A DNA stretch of 64,000 nucleotides from an uncultured Gammaproteobacteria bacterium (GTDB lineage Bacteria; Pseudomonadota; Gammaproteobacteria; Xanthomonadales; Xanthomonadaceae): the NCBI GenBank assembly GCA_963726305.1, contig CAVSCB010000013.1, positions 32,816-96,815 of the forward strand, written 5' to 3'. This document shows positions 10,122 through 19,987 of this stretch, piece after piece (the stretch's first letter is position 1; every line of letters starts with the position of its first letter). Position numbers and translations under genes: made by a program. Under the pieces are notes generated by a model that was not told the origin of the DNA, made no database searches, and saw nothing but the letters and a program-made list of their open reading frames with translations.

Positions 10122-11984
10122 TCAGCGATCCGTATCCCGGCGATGCCGACGCCGGCGCCAGTCGATGAAAATCGCCGCCAGTATCACCAGCACCGGCATG
10201 CCGAGGATGTTGATCAGCTTGACCCGCGAGCCGATCCGCTCGATGTCGGCGTTCAACTGGTGCTGCACTTCGCGAAGTTCCTTGCGGGTCTGCAGTTTCT
10301 GTTGCTGGAACAGCAGCAGCTGCGCCTGCTGTTCGCGACTGAGCGTCGCCGTCTGGCCATCGGCCGTCATCGGCTGGAGCCGCTGCAGCTTCTGCTCCAG
10401 CTCATCGAGCTGTTGCTGCAACTCCTTTTCCTTGGACTGGTATCGCGCCTCGGCGACCCGACGGACGACTTCGATCCGTTCGAACGGGCGGTCGGATGTC
10501 GGCCGCGTGCGCAGCGCGATCAGGTCGTCGTTGCCGACAAGGTTGTCGACCGCGTTGTAAACGAAGTCGGCGTTGTTCGCGAACGGATTCAAGACCTGCT
10601 GGCCGAGGAAATCCTGCGCCTGCACCCAGAGGCGATCGCTCAACAGATCGGTGTCGGCCACCACCACGATGTTCGCAGGCTTGACGCTTGCCGACAGATG
10701 GCCGTCGCCGGCGCGCTCGGGGAAGGCCGACTTGAGCATGCCCGTCAATCTTCCGGCCAGCACGTAGGGACCCTGGCCATCGGCCTTGAAGCGATCGCCC
10801 AGGGCGGCGGGATCGGCCGCGGCGGCGCGCACCGTGTCCGGATCAAGCAGCATCGTGGCGGTCGAACTCTGCACCAGCGCTTCGAGCTTGAGCGTGGACG
10901 CCGGACCCAGCATCAGCGTACCGGCACTGGAAAGATTCAGGGATTCCAGGCCCGTGGTGATGACATCGCTCTGGCTCATCGATGACTTGTGCAAGCCCAG
11001 GACCGCCAGGTGGCGTTCCGGGGGCCGGGTCGGGTCCGGCTGCACCTGAAGTGCGTTCTGCGTATCCAGCACCACTTTTCCCGGGTCGTAGGCCAGCCCC
11101 CAGGACTTGAACAGGATCGGCAGGTCGGATGCCACGGACTGGTTCGCCGGACTGGCGTTGATGACATTGGCCGCGGGGTCGGATTCGGCGTAAGGATCAA
11201 CGAACACGAGCAGGTGTCCGCCCCGGAGCACGAACTGGTCTATCGCGTACTGCGTGTCAGCCGACAAGGCCTTCGGATGCACCACCATCAGCAAGCTGAC
11301 GTCCTCGCCGATCGAGCGCGGGTCGGCCTGCAGGCGACGGATTTCGAAAAACTCGGACAGCTGCCGATCCATGACCCAGCCCGGCGTCGGCTGGCCACTG
11401 AGCGGATCGATGCCGGGGCCGATCGGCAGATCGCTCAACATCGCCAGCACCGGTTTGCTGGCCACGCTGAGGGTCGACACCATCTTGGCGATGTCGTATT
11501 CGAGGAAGGCTTCCTTGGCTGGCTGGATGAACGGCATGACCGCTTCGCCGTCGGTGCTGTTGCTGCCGACCAGGCCGAAATACAGGACATCACCGGTATT
11601 GCCCAGCGGCACGCGCTGAAGGCCATGGTTGGTCGCCTTGTCCTCGGCGTCGGAGAATGGCTCCGGGTCGACCACCTTCAGCGTCAGTTTGCCGTTCGAA
11701 CTGGCGGCCGCCTCCTCGAGCAATTCGATCACCCGCTGGGCGAAAATCCGGAACTGGGGCTGCGCCTGCGCCGTCTTCTCCGAGTAATACAGCTCGAACT
11801 TGATGGGCTCTGGAATACGCTCGAGGATGCGCAGCGTTCCCGATGACAGGGTGTATTGGCGATGCTGGGTCAGGTCCAGGCGCGCGCCGCGAAACAGGTA
11901 GGCCGAGAGCGCAACCAGCGCGACGAAGGCCAACGCCAGCAACGGCAGCGCGAGCATCGGACCGATGCGACCCCAGTGCTTCAT
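10122..11984 (-). CDS. GldG-like ABC transporter auxiliary membrane component
   Basis: RLDLTQHRQYTLSSGT, DPEPFSDAED, IDQFVLRGG, VADTDLLSD; coiled coil and C-terminal TM. Confidence 0.85.
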   Translation of the reverse strand: MKHWGRIGPMLALPLLALAFVALVALSAYLFRGARLDLTQHRQYTLSSGTLRILERIPEPIKFELYYSEKTAQAQPQFRIFAQRVIELLEEAAASSNGKLTLKVVDPEPFSDAEDKATNHGLQRVPLGNTGDVLYFGLVGSNSTDGEAVMPFIQPAKEAFLEYDIAKMVSTLSVASKPVLAMLSDLPIGPGIDPLSGQPTPGWVMDRQLSEFFEIRRLQADPRSIGEDVSLLMVVHPKALSADTQYAIDQFVLRGGHLLVFVDPYAESDPAANVINASPANQSVASDLPILFKSWGLAYDPGKVVLDTQNALQVQPDPTRPPERHLAVLGLHKSSMSQSDVITTGLESLNLSSAGTLMLGPASTLKLEALVQSSTATMLLDPDTVRAAAADPAALGDRFKADGQGPYVLAGRLTGMLKSAFPERAGDGHLSASVKPANIVVVADTDLLSDRLWVQAQDFLGQQVLNPFANNADFVYNAVDNLVGNDDLIALRTRPTSDRPFERIEVVRRVAEARYQSKEKELQQQLDELEQKLQRLQPMTADGQTATLSREQQAQLLLFQQQKLQTRKELREVQHQLNADIERIGSRVKLINILGMPVLVILAAIFIDWRRRRHRRDTDR

Positions 11985-12051
11985 CTAGAACTTACCTCGG
12001 TTCATTGGGAATTCCTCGCAACATTTCGCCGTGCCAGCTGGCGAATCGCCG

Positions 12052-12789
12052 TCAGTCGGCCTTCTTGATCTCGATCACCAGCACCGTCGCGAACAGCCAT
12101 GCCGCGATCGCGAACAGGAAATAGAACACGTCGCGCACATCGAGCACGCCGCGCGTAATCGCCTGGAAATGGGTAAGGAAGCTCAAGCCGCTGACCGCAT
12201 CCACCGCCGGACTGCGGAACGACCGCGCGCAGCGGATCCAGGGCCAGCGGAAACCCGGCAAGCAGGAACAGCAGGCAGACCACGACGGTCAGGATGAACG
12301 CCACCACCAGGCTGCGCGTCAATGCGGAAAGGCAACTGCCAACCGCCAGGAACGCGCCGGCCATCAGCCAGCTGCCCAGGTAACTGGCGAGGATGACGCC
12401 GTTGTCCGGGCTCGCCCAGCCAGTTGACGGTGATCCAGATCGGAAAGGTCAGCGCCAGCGCCAGGCCGATGAAGGCCCACGCGGCGAAGAACTTGCCCAG
12501 CACCGCCTGCCACAGCGTCACCGGCTGGGTCAGCAACAACTCCAGGGTGCCCGACTTGCGCTCTTCGGCCCACAGGCCCATGGCCACCGCCGGCACCAGC
12601 AGCAGGTACAACCACGGGATGGAAACGGAAGAACACCTGCAGGTCCGCCTGCCCGGTCTCGAAGAAATCGCCGAGGAAGAAAGTGAAGGCGCCGCTCAGC
12701 AACAGGAAGATGACGATGAAGACGGCTGCCAGCGGCGTGGCGAAATAACTGCCGAACTCGCGGCGGAAGATGCCCAGGGTCGCGCTCAT
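12052..12789 (-). CDS. ABC-2 permease (GldF-like), several frameshifts
   Basis: REFGSYFATPLA, WAEERKSGTLELLLT and HFQAITRGVLD fragments. Confidence 0.85.
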
Positions 12790-13717
12790 GCCGGCTCCGC
12801 CTGCGCCGTGATGCGCCGGAATACTTCATCGAGGCGGCCCCGCTCGAGCCGAAGGCTGGAAAACGCCACGCCGCGCTGCCGCAGGCGCTCCGCCACGGCT
12901 TCCGACAGCTTGGCCTGGCCTTGCGGGAAAACGCACCATGCGCGACTCGCGCTCGTCGTGCTCGAATCCGCTGACGCCGGGCATGCCGTCGAGCGCGGCG
13001 CGCGCGGCGATGCTGTCCGCCGGCTGCAGGGACACGGCATTGTGATAGCGCGAACGCGCCAGCAGCCCTGCCGGCGTGTCGTCGGCGAGTATCTTGCCCG
13101 CGGGCGATGATGATGGCCCGCGTACAGACCGCCTCGACTTCCTCCAGGATGTGGGTCGACAGCAGCAGGGTGCGCTCCTTGGCCAGCTCGGTGATCAGCC
13201 CGCGCACTTCATGCTTCTGGTTCGGGTCCAGTCCGTCGGTCGGTTCGTCGAGGATCAGGGCCGCCGGGTCGTGCAGGATCGCCACCGCCAGGCCGACCCG
13301 ACGACGAAAGCCCTTCGAGAGCGTTTCGATGGATTGGTTCAGGACCGACTCGAGCGAAAGCCGGGACACGACGAAATCCAGGCGCCGAAGGCGCTCACCG
13401 CCACCCAGGCCACGAAGGTCGGCGATGAACGCGAGAAGGGAACGGGGCGTCATCTCGCCGTACGACGGAGCGCCCTCCGGCAGGTATCCCAAGGCGCGTC
13501 GCGCGGCCATCGGCTCGGCCTGCACGTCGTGCCCGCAAACCCGCGCGCTGCCTGAGCTGGGCAAGAGGAAACCGGCGATGATCTTCATCGTGGTCGACTT
13601 GCCGGCGCCGTTCGGGCCGAGGAAGCCGAGCACTTCGCCCGGCTCGACCTTGAAACTGATGCCATCGACGGCCGTCAGCCTTGCATAGCGCTTGCTCAGG
13701 CCAGTTGCTTCGATCAT
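12786..13717 (-). CDS. ABC transporter ATP-binding protein (GldA-like), frameshifted
   Basis: Walker A GPNGAGKST, LSKGFRRR, LILDEPTDGLD, STH. Confidence 0.9.
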
Positions 13718-13738
13718 CGCAGTCCCGTTGAATGCAGA

Positions 13739-13763
13739 GAGGGCGGGCACCTGGCCCGCCCTC
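13739..13763. terminator. 10-bp GC-rich hairpin (terminator or mRNA-stabilising element)
   Basis: GAGGGCGGGC-acctg-GCCCGCCCTC between the SRPBCC gene and the ABC ATPase. Confidence 0.5.
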
Positions 13764-13775
13764 CTTTCCTTTCGA

Positions 13776-14843
13776 TTACTTGAGCGGCCAGTAGACGTTG
13801 AACTTGGCGTCTTCGTCGAGCATCGTCGAAACGCCGCCCAGGTATTCCTCGAACGGACGGTCCTGGGTGTCGGCGCCGTGGGTCATCGCCCAGGCACGCA
13901 ACAGGTCGCGTACGCGCGGCAGGCCGGGCGACGGTCCGGTGTAGGTCGTCATGGCAACCCGACGCGCCGGGATCTGCTCGTAGCTGACCGGGCCTTCCAG
14001 GCGCAGGGACATCTTCTCGCCGGCAGGCGCGCCGACCGGGTCGGTTGCGCGCTGCACCACCTGGACCACGTCGAACGCATAGGCGTCGGAGGTGAAATCG
14101 GTGGTGACGATGCGCATCGGGCCGGCGGCGATCAGGCCGTTGGCTTCCATGACTTTCTTGATCCAGCTGTACTGGTTCTCCATCGCGGTGGAGATCTCAT
14201 CGTTGTTGCGCTTGGAACTGGTGCTGACCAGCAGCACGTCCTGCGCGGGCAGGTCGACGATGGAGAACTCGCCCGGATGATTGGCGTAGTCGAACTTCGG
14301 AATCGTGGCCAGCACTGCGCTGAACTTGTCCAGGCCGCGCTTCACGTCGTCGCCGATGTTGCGGTTGACGTACAGGCCCGCATAGCGGCCCATGAGATCC
14401 CAGCCGTAATTGACCCGGTACTCCTGGGTGATCTTGACGTTCTGGTTCCGCTGGCCGGTGCGCTCGAGCCGGACGGTCATGGTCTTTTCCTTGCCGCGCG
14501 CCGGTCCGGTCAGGCGGTACTTGATCTTCTCGCCGGGCACGCTCTCGACGATTTCCCAGGAGCCGTTGCCGATGATCTTGTCTTTCGATTGGTAGCTGAA
14601 CTTGGCGCCGACGCCCATGGGCGGCCCGGAAATTTCGCTGGTGGCCCGCGCGTCGTAGCGCAACAGCGGGTTCCAGTCCTTGAAACGGCTGAAACCGTTG
14701 AACAGGTCATTGACGGTCGTCATCGGGCGGTTGGTTTCGATGCTGTAGCTGTAAATGCGTTTTGACGGCAGAAACAGGCCGATCACGACAAAAATGACGA
14801 CTACGATCAGCAGGGAAATCAGGAATTCGACAAAACGGATCAT
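13776..14843 (-). CDS. Membrane-anchored SRPBCC (polyketide cyclase-like) plus GyrI-like domain protein
   Basis: N-terminal TM; FKDWNP...GVGAKFSY...GNGSWEI; C-terminal YTGP...PFEEY...VYWPL. Confidence 0.75.
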   Translation of the reverse strand: MIRFVEFLISLLIVVVIFVVIGLFLPSKRIYSYSIETNRPMTTVNDLFNGFSRFKDWNPLLRYDARATSEISGPPMGVGAKFSYQSKDKIIGNGSWEIVESVPGEKIKYRLTGPARGKEKTMTVRLERTGQRNQNVKITQEYRVNYGWDLMGRYAGLYVNRNIGDDVKRGLDKFSAVLATIPKFDYANHPGEFSIVDLPAQDVLLVSTSSKRNNDEISTAMENQYSWIKKVMEANGLIAAGPMRIVTTDFTSDAYAFDVVQVVQRATDPVGAPAGEKMSLRLEGPVSYEQIPARRVAMTTYTGPSPGLPRVRDLLRAWAMTHGADTQDRPFEEYLGGVSTMLDEDAKFNVYWPLK

Positions 14844-14966
14844 TCGGCGGCTCTCCAGGCACGGCCCCCGACCGGGGAAGGCTTCGCCCGGCCGCAGGAA
14901 TTTAAGAGGATAACAGGTCGAACTCGCCGCTGGCAGGGGCTATCGCCCTCCAGCATGACGCAGTTC

Positions 14967-15608
14967 TCAGACCAGCTTGAGCTCGAACGCCTTCAGGACC
15001 GCCCGGGTGCGGTCGCGCACACCCAGCTTGGACAGGATGTTGGAAACGTGGTTTTTCACCGTTCCCTCGGCCACGCCCAGCGAATTGGCGATTTCCTTGT
15101 TGGAAAACCCTCCGGCCATCAGCCGCAGTATCTCGGTCTCGCGATCGGTCAGCGGGTCGGGCTGCTCGAGACTGACGAACGCGTTGTGCAGGCCTTCCAG
15201 GCCGGACAGGAGACGCTGGGTCACCGCCGGCTGGACCAATGAACCGCCATCGGCAACCGTCTGGATCGCCGAAACCAGCTGGTCCAGCGTGACGTCCTTG
15301 AGCAGATAGCCGCGCGCCCCGGCCTTGATCCCGGCCAGCACCAGCTGGTCGTCGTCAAAGGTGGTCAGGATGATGGTCGGCGGCAGCTGGCCCGTCGCCG
15401 CGAGGGCCTGCAAGGCTTCCAGCCCGGACATGATGGGCATGCGCATGTCCATCAGGACCACGTCCGGCTTGACCTGCGGAATCATCTCCACGGCCTGCCG
15501 GCCGTCGGCGGCCTCGGCCACCACCTCGATGTTCTCGGCCAGTTCCAGCAACGAGCGGACGCCTTGGCGCACCAGGGTTTGGTCGTCGACCAGGCAAACT
15601 CGGATCAT
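14967..15608 (-). CDS. NarL/LuxR family response regulator
   Basis: MIRVCLVDDQ, LMDMRMP, LTTFDDD; HTH LTDRETEIL...GTVKNHVSNILSKL (3' part of ORF 14967..17045). Confidence 0.93.
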   Translation of the reverse strand: MIRVCLVDDQTLVRQGVRSLLELAENIEVVAEAADGRQAVEMIPQVKPDVVLMDMRMPIMSGLEALQALAATGQLPPTIILTTFDDDQLVLAGIKAGARGYLLKDVTLDQLVSAIQTVADGGSLVQPAVTQRLLSGLEGLHNAFVSLEQPDPLTDRETEILRLMAGGFSNKEIANSLGVAEGTVKNHVSNILSKLGVRDRTRAVLKAFELKLV

Positions 15609-16771
15609 GGGGCCGCCTCCAGCGGTAAGCGCACATCGAGGGCGAAACCCTGCCCGGGTGAGGTCATGATATCCACTCGGCCGCCATAAGCGGAAAGTCG
15701 CTCCTGCATGCCCCGCAACCCGTTGCCCGGCCTGGCGCGCTCGCAGCCCCGGCCATCGTCCCTGGCCTCGAGCCTGATTCCCGAGCTGTCCTGGGTGAGG
15801 CGCAGGCCCAGGTGAGTGGCCCCGGCGTGCCGAACCGTATTGGTCAGGATTTCCTGGGCGCAGCGCAGCAGGACCTGGGCGCGCTCCGGGTCGTCGATCT
15901 GGAGGCGATCGGGCAACTCGAGCCGCACGTTCAGGGCCGGTACGCCTTCCACCAGCACTTGCAGGGCATTGGTCAGGTCGATGCCGCGCTCCTCGCGCAT
16001 CTCGCTGACCGCCTCGCGCACGTCGGTCAGCAGGAGCTTGGCCAGGGTATGGCTTTGCCGGACGTGTTCGAGCGCCTTGCCTTCGGCCAGGTGGCCGGCG
16101 ACCTCCAGGTTCAGGCTCAGCGCGGTCAGGTGGTGGCCGAGCAAGTCGTGCAGTTCGCGGGAGATGCGCAGGCGCTCGCTCATCCGCGAGCTCTCGGCCA
16201 GCAGGGCGCGGGTCGCGCGCAGTTCGGCATTCAGGCGCCGCTGTTCCTCGCGGGCCTGGGCCTGCTGCCGCGCCACCAGGCCGGTGATGAAGGTGAAGCT
16301 CGAATAGCCCACGTACATGATGGCCTGCAGCACGGCGAACACGGGCGTGAAGCCCAGCCCTTCGAACACGGGCACCAGCGGAACATGCTGGAGGATCAGC
16401 CAGGCCACGCCGGCGCCGAGCGGCATCAGCCAGGGAATCACGCCGGAGACCAGCATCAGCAGGATGCTGCCGAGGCCCGTGCCGGTGAGCTTGCTGAAAG
16501 CGATCGCCGAGATGGTGAGGACGGCCAGCAGCGCGATATCGAACTTTCGCGGCCGGCGGACGCCCAACTCCCGGGTCACCAGCCAGTAGGCCGCGCCGAA
16601 GACGAAATAGGCGATCGTGGAACCCAGGATATCCGGCGCGGTCGCCAGCAGCTCGTCCGCTTCCCCGACCGGAAAGTACCAACTGTTCAGCACCAGCGGA
16701 ATGCCGACCACCGCCCAGGTGAACAAGCCGGCGTAGCGAAGCAGTTGGGTGTGGGACAGGCGGATTGGCAT
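15605..16771 (-). CDS. HisKA_3 (DesK-like) membrane sensor histidine kinase
   Basis: About 5 TMs; ERLRISRELHDLLGH, QEILTNTVRH, DDGRG, GNGLRGMQER. Confidence 0.93.
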   Translation of the reverse strand: MPIRLSHTQLLRYAGLFTWAVVGIPLVLNSWYFPVGEADELLATAPDILGSTIAYFVFGAAYWLVTRELGVRRPRKFDIALLAVLTISAIAFSKLTGTGLGSILLMLVSGVIPWLMPLGAGVAWLILQHVPLVPVFEGLGFTPVFAVLQAIMYVGYSSFTFITGLVARQQAQAREEQRRLNAELRATRALLAESSRMSERLRISRELHDLLGHHLTALSLNLEVAGHLAEGKALEHVRQSHTLAKLLLTDVREAVSEMREERGIDLTNALQVLVEGVPALNVRLELPDRLQIDDPERAQVLLRCAQEILTNTVRHAGATHLGLRLTQDSSGIRLEARDDGRGCERARPGNGLRGMQERLSAYGGRVDIMTSPGQGFALDVRLPLEAAP

Positions 16772-16944
16772 CGCCCCATCTTAGGCGACCTGCCGGGCCA
16801 TTCAGGTGGGCCGAAGGTAACGGATAACGCAGATTTAATGACTTGGCTTGGTCGCGGAGTCCCGAAGGTCCATGCGATAATCCGGCCCGCGACGGGGCTG
16901 CGCCCGGATGGCGCGAACCTTGTGAATCGGGAGTCAGATAGGAA

Positions 16945-17541
16945 ATGTCGATAATCATCCGCGACGTGCGCGAGCACGAGCTGGATCTGGTGCTGGCGCT
17001 GAACAACGCCGCGGGTCCGGGGATCCTTCCGATGGACGCCGGCAAGCTTCGTTTCTTCTGGGAAAACGCCGATTATTTCCGCGTCGCCGAGAAAGACGGC
17101 CTGCTGGCCGGCTTCCTGGTCGGCCTGTCCCACGACGCGCCGCACGACAGCCCGAATTTCCTCTGGTTCCGCGAGCGCTACCCGGAATTCCTCTACATCG
17201 ACCGGATCGTCATCGCCAGCACCCGGCGCGGCGCCGGCGTCGGCCGGGTTTTCTACGGCGACGTGCAGAGCTTCTCCGAAGTGCGCGTGCCACGACTGGC
17301 GGCGGAGGTGTTCCTTGATCGGAGCAGCCATCCCGCGCTGCTGTTCCACGGCAGCTTCGGCTTTCGCGAAATCGGCCAGCACGTGATGCCCGGCCACGGC
17401 GTTCGCGCCGCGATGCTGGTCAAGGAGCTGTGCAGCTACCCGTACGTCCAGCAGACCTACCATCGCCAGTTGCCCGACCAGCCCTGGCTTGCCGCCCGCG
17501 CCATGCCCGGCCGCACGCCCGACCGCGCGACCGGCACCTGA
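16945..17541 (+). CDS. GNAT family acetyltransferase
   Basis: YIDRIVIASTRRGAGVGRVFY...FHGSFGFREIG. Confidence 0.8.
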   Translation: MSIIIRDVREHELDLVLALNNAAGPGILPMDAGKLRFFWENADYFRVAEKDGLLAGFLVGLSHDAPHDSPNFLWFRERYPEFLYIDRIVIASTRRGAGVGRVFYGDVQSFSEVRVPRLAAEVFLDRSSHPALLFHGSFGFREIGQHVMPGHGVRAAMLVKELCSYPYVQQTYHRQLPDQPWLAARAMPGRTPDRATGT

Positions 17542-17543
17542 GC

Positions 17544-18356
17544 ATGGCGGCCATACCCGATTACGAGCAGGCCGGCGAACTCAAGATCGGCCAGGTCGGC
17601 ATCGCCAACCTGCGCATCCGCTCGCTGGATGTCGGAAGAATTTCCGACGGAGATGCGCGACCGGGTCCGCAGCGCGCCGAAGCTGTTCGCGCGCGCGGCG
17701 ATCATCCTGGATTTCGGCGGGCTGAGCGATTGCCCCGACGCCAGCACCGTCAAGGCGCTCATCGAGGGCCTGCGCGATGCCGGCGTGCTGCCGATCGGCA
17801 TCGCCTACGGCACCAGCGCGATCGAAGCGGTGGCCGGCGAAGTCGGCCTGCCCTTGCTGGCAAAATTCCGTGCTTCCTATGAATACGGCTCGGCGGCAGC
17901 GGCGCCGGACTCGACGAGCCAGGCCGCGGACAAGCCGCGTCGTAGCCGAAGCCGCTCCGGCAAAGAATTCCGCCGCCGAGCCGCCTCGGGCAAGGCGACT
18001 GGTCCGGCTTCGGGCAGGAACGCCGAACCCGGACTGATGCATGTCGCGCCGGTTCGCTCCGGCCAGCAGGTCTACGCCCAGAACCGCGACCTGACGGTTT
18101 GCGCCACGGTCGGCGCCGGCGCCGAAGTCATCGCCGACGGCTCGATACACATCTACGGCGCCCTGCGCGGCCGCGCGCTGGCGGGCGCCAGCGGCCTGGC
18201 CTCGGCGCGGATCTTCTGCCGCGAATTCAACGCCGAACTGGTCGCCATCGCCGGCACCTACAAGGTGCTCGAGGAAGTACCCAAGCAACTGCATCGGCAA
18301 AGCCGTGCAGATCTGGCTGGAAAACGACAGCCTTCGAATCGAAGAGCTGGCTCTGA
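17544..18356 (+). CDS. minC: Septum site-determining protein MinC, frameshifted
   Basis: [10 protein letters not shown]...[26 protein letters not shown]; followed by minD and minE; end approximate. Confidence 0.92.
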
Positions 18357-18387
18357 ATCAAATCTGCGACATCCATGGAGAACCATC

Positions 18388-19200
18388 TTGACTGAAATCA
18401 TCGTAGTGACCTCGGGCAAGGGCGGCGTCGGCAAGACCACCACCAGCGCCAGCATCGCCTGCGGCCTGGCGCAAAGCCGGCAAGAAGACCGCCGTCATCG
18501 ACTTCGACGTCGGCCTGCGCAACCTCGACCTGATCATGGGTTGCGAGCGTCGCGTGGTGTACGACTTCGTCAACGTCGTGCTCGGCGAGGCCTCGCTCAA
18601 GCAGGCGCTGATCAAGGACAAGCGCTTCGAGAACCTGCTACGTGCTGGCCGCGTCGCAGACCCGCGACAAGGACGCGCTGACCAAGGAAGGCGTCGAGAA
18701 GGTGCTCAAGGACATCGCCGACGAGGGCTTCGACTTCATCGTCTGCGACTCCCCGGCCGGCATCGAAAAGGGCGCCTTCCTGGCGATGTACTTACGCCGA
18801 TCGCGCCGTCGTCGTGGTGAATCCGGAAGTGTCTTCGGTGCGCGACTCCGATCGCATCCTCGGGCTGCTGGCCTCGAAGACCCGCAAGGCCGAGAACGGC
18901 GAGCGCGTGCAGGAGCACCTGCTGCTGACCCGCTACAGCCCGGTTCGCGTCGAGAAAGGCGACATGCTTTCCATCGCCGACGTCGAGGAGATCCTGGGCT
19001 TGAAGGTGATCGGAGTGATCCCGGAATCGCCCGAAGTGCTGCAAAGCTCCAACGCCGGCGTGCCGGTGATCCTGGACGACGTTTCCCACGCCGGCCAGGC
19101 CTATACCGACGCGGTTGCGCGAATCCTTGGCGAGAGCGTGCCGCTGCGTTTCACCACCGTCGAGAAGAAGGGATTCTTCTCGAAGATCTTCGGGAGCTGA
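18388..19200 (+). CDS. minD: Septum site-determining ATPase MinD, frameshifted
   Basis: TTG start; [39 protein letters not shown]-terminal [10 protein letters not shown]. Confidence 0.95.
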
Positions 19201-19203
19201 GGC

Positions 19204-19473
19204 ATGGGCATTTTCGATTTCCTCAGCTCGCGCAACAAGAACACCGCCAATGTCGCCAAGGACCGCCTGCGCATCCTGATCGCGCAGGAACGCAGCATGC
19301 GCGGCGCGCCCGATTACCTTCCGTTGCTGCAGCGCGAGCTGCTGGAAGTGATCCGCAAGTACGTCAACGTCGATGTCGATGCGGTGAAGGTCGACCTGAT
19401 CAAGGACGGCGACAACGAAGTCCTCGACATCTCCGTTGCGCTGCCGGAGAAGTCCGCCGCGGCCAGCGGCTAG
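19204..19473 (+). CDS. minE: Cell division topological specificity factor MinE
   Basis: [17 protein letters not shown]...LLEVIRKYV. Confidence 0.96.
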   Translation: MGIFDFLSSRNKNTANVAKDRLRILIAQERSMRGAPDYLPLLQRELLEVIRKYVNVDVDAVKVDLIKDGDNEVLDISVALPEKSAAASG

Positions 19474-19478
19474 CACCC

Positions 19479-19944
19479 ATGCTCACGGTCGGCGACATCG
19501 GCTTCGCTGCGGCCGCGGCCTTGCTCGCCGGGCATGGCCTCGAGCTCCGGCGCGTTGCGACTGGCGAGCCGATCCCCGGAAGCTACTGGGGCGACTCGGA
19601 AGCCGGCCTGATCGCAAGCACCGTCTTCGCCCGGGCGGATACGCCCGTGCACTCGCTCCTGCACGAAGCCGCGCACCTGCTGGTGATGCCGGAAGCGCGC
19701 CGGAAGTCGGTGCACACCGACGCCAGCGACTCGCAACTGCGAAGAGGACGCGGCTTGCTACCTGCAGATCCTCATGGCCGATTCCCTTGCCGGTGTCGGT
19801 CGCGCGCGACTGATGCGCGACATGGACGCGTGGGGCTATACGTTCCGGCTTGGATCTGCCCGCGCATGGTTTGAAAACGATGCCGAAGATGCCCGCGCCT
19901 TCGTTGCTGCGCTGCCGCTTGCACCCCTGTCCGCGCCGGCCTAG
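19479..19944 (+). CDS. Conserved hypothetical protein with HExxH motif, frameshift near 19740
   Basis: IPGSYWGDSEAGL...SLLHEAAH, then EEDAACYLQ...MDAWGYTFRLGSARAWFE in another frame. Confidence 0.7.
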
Positions 19945-19987
19945 CCTGCGCTTCCGAATTCAATCTACCCACACCGGAGTTTCCCTC

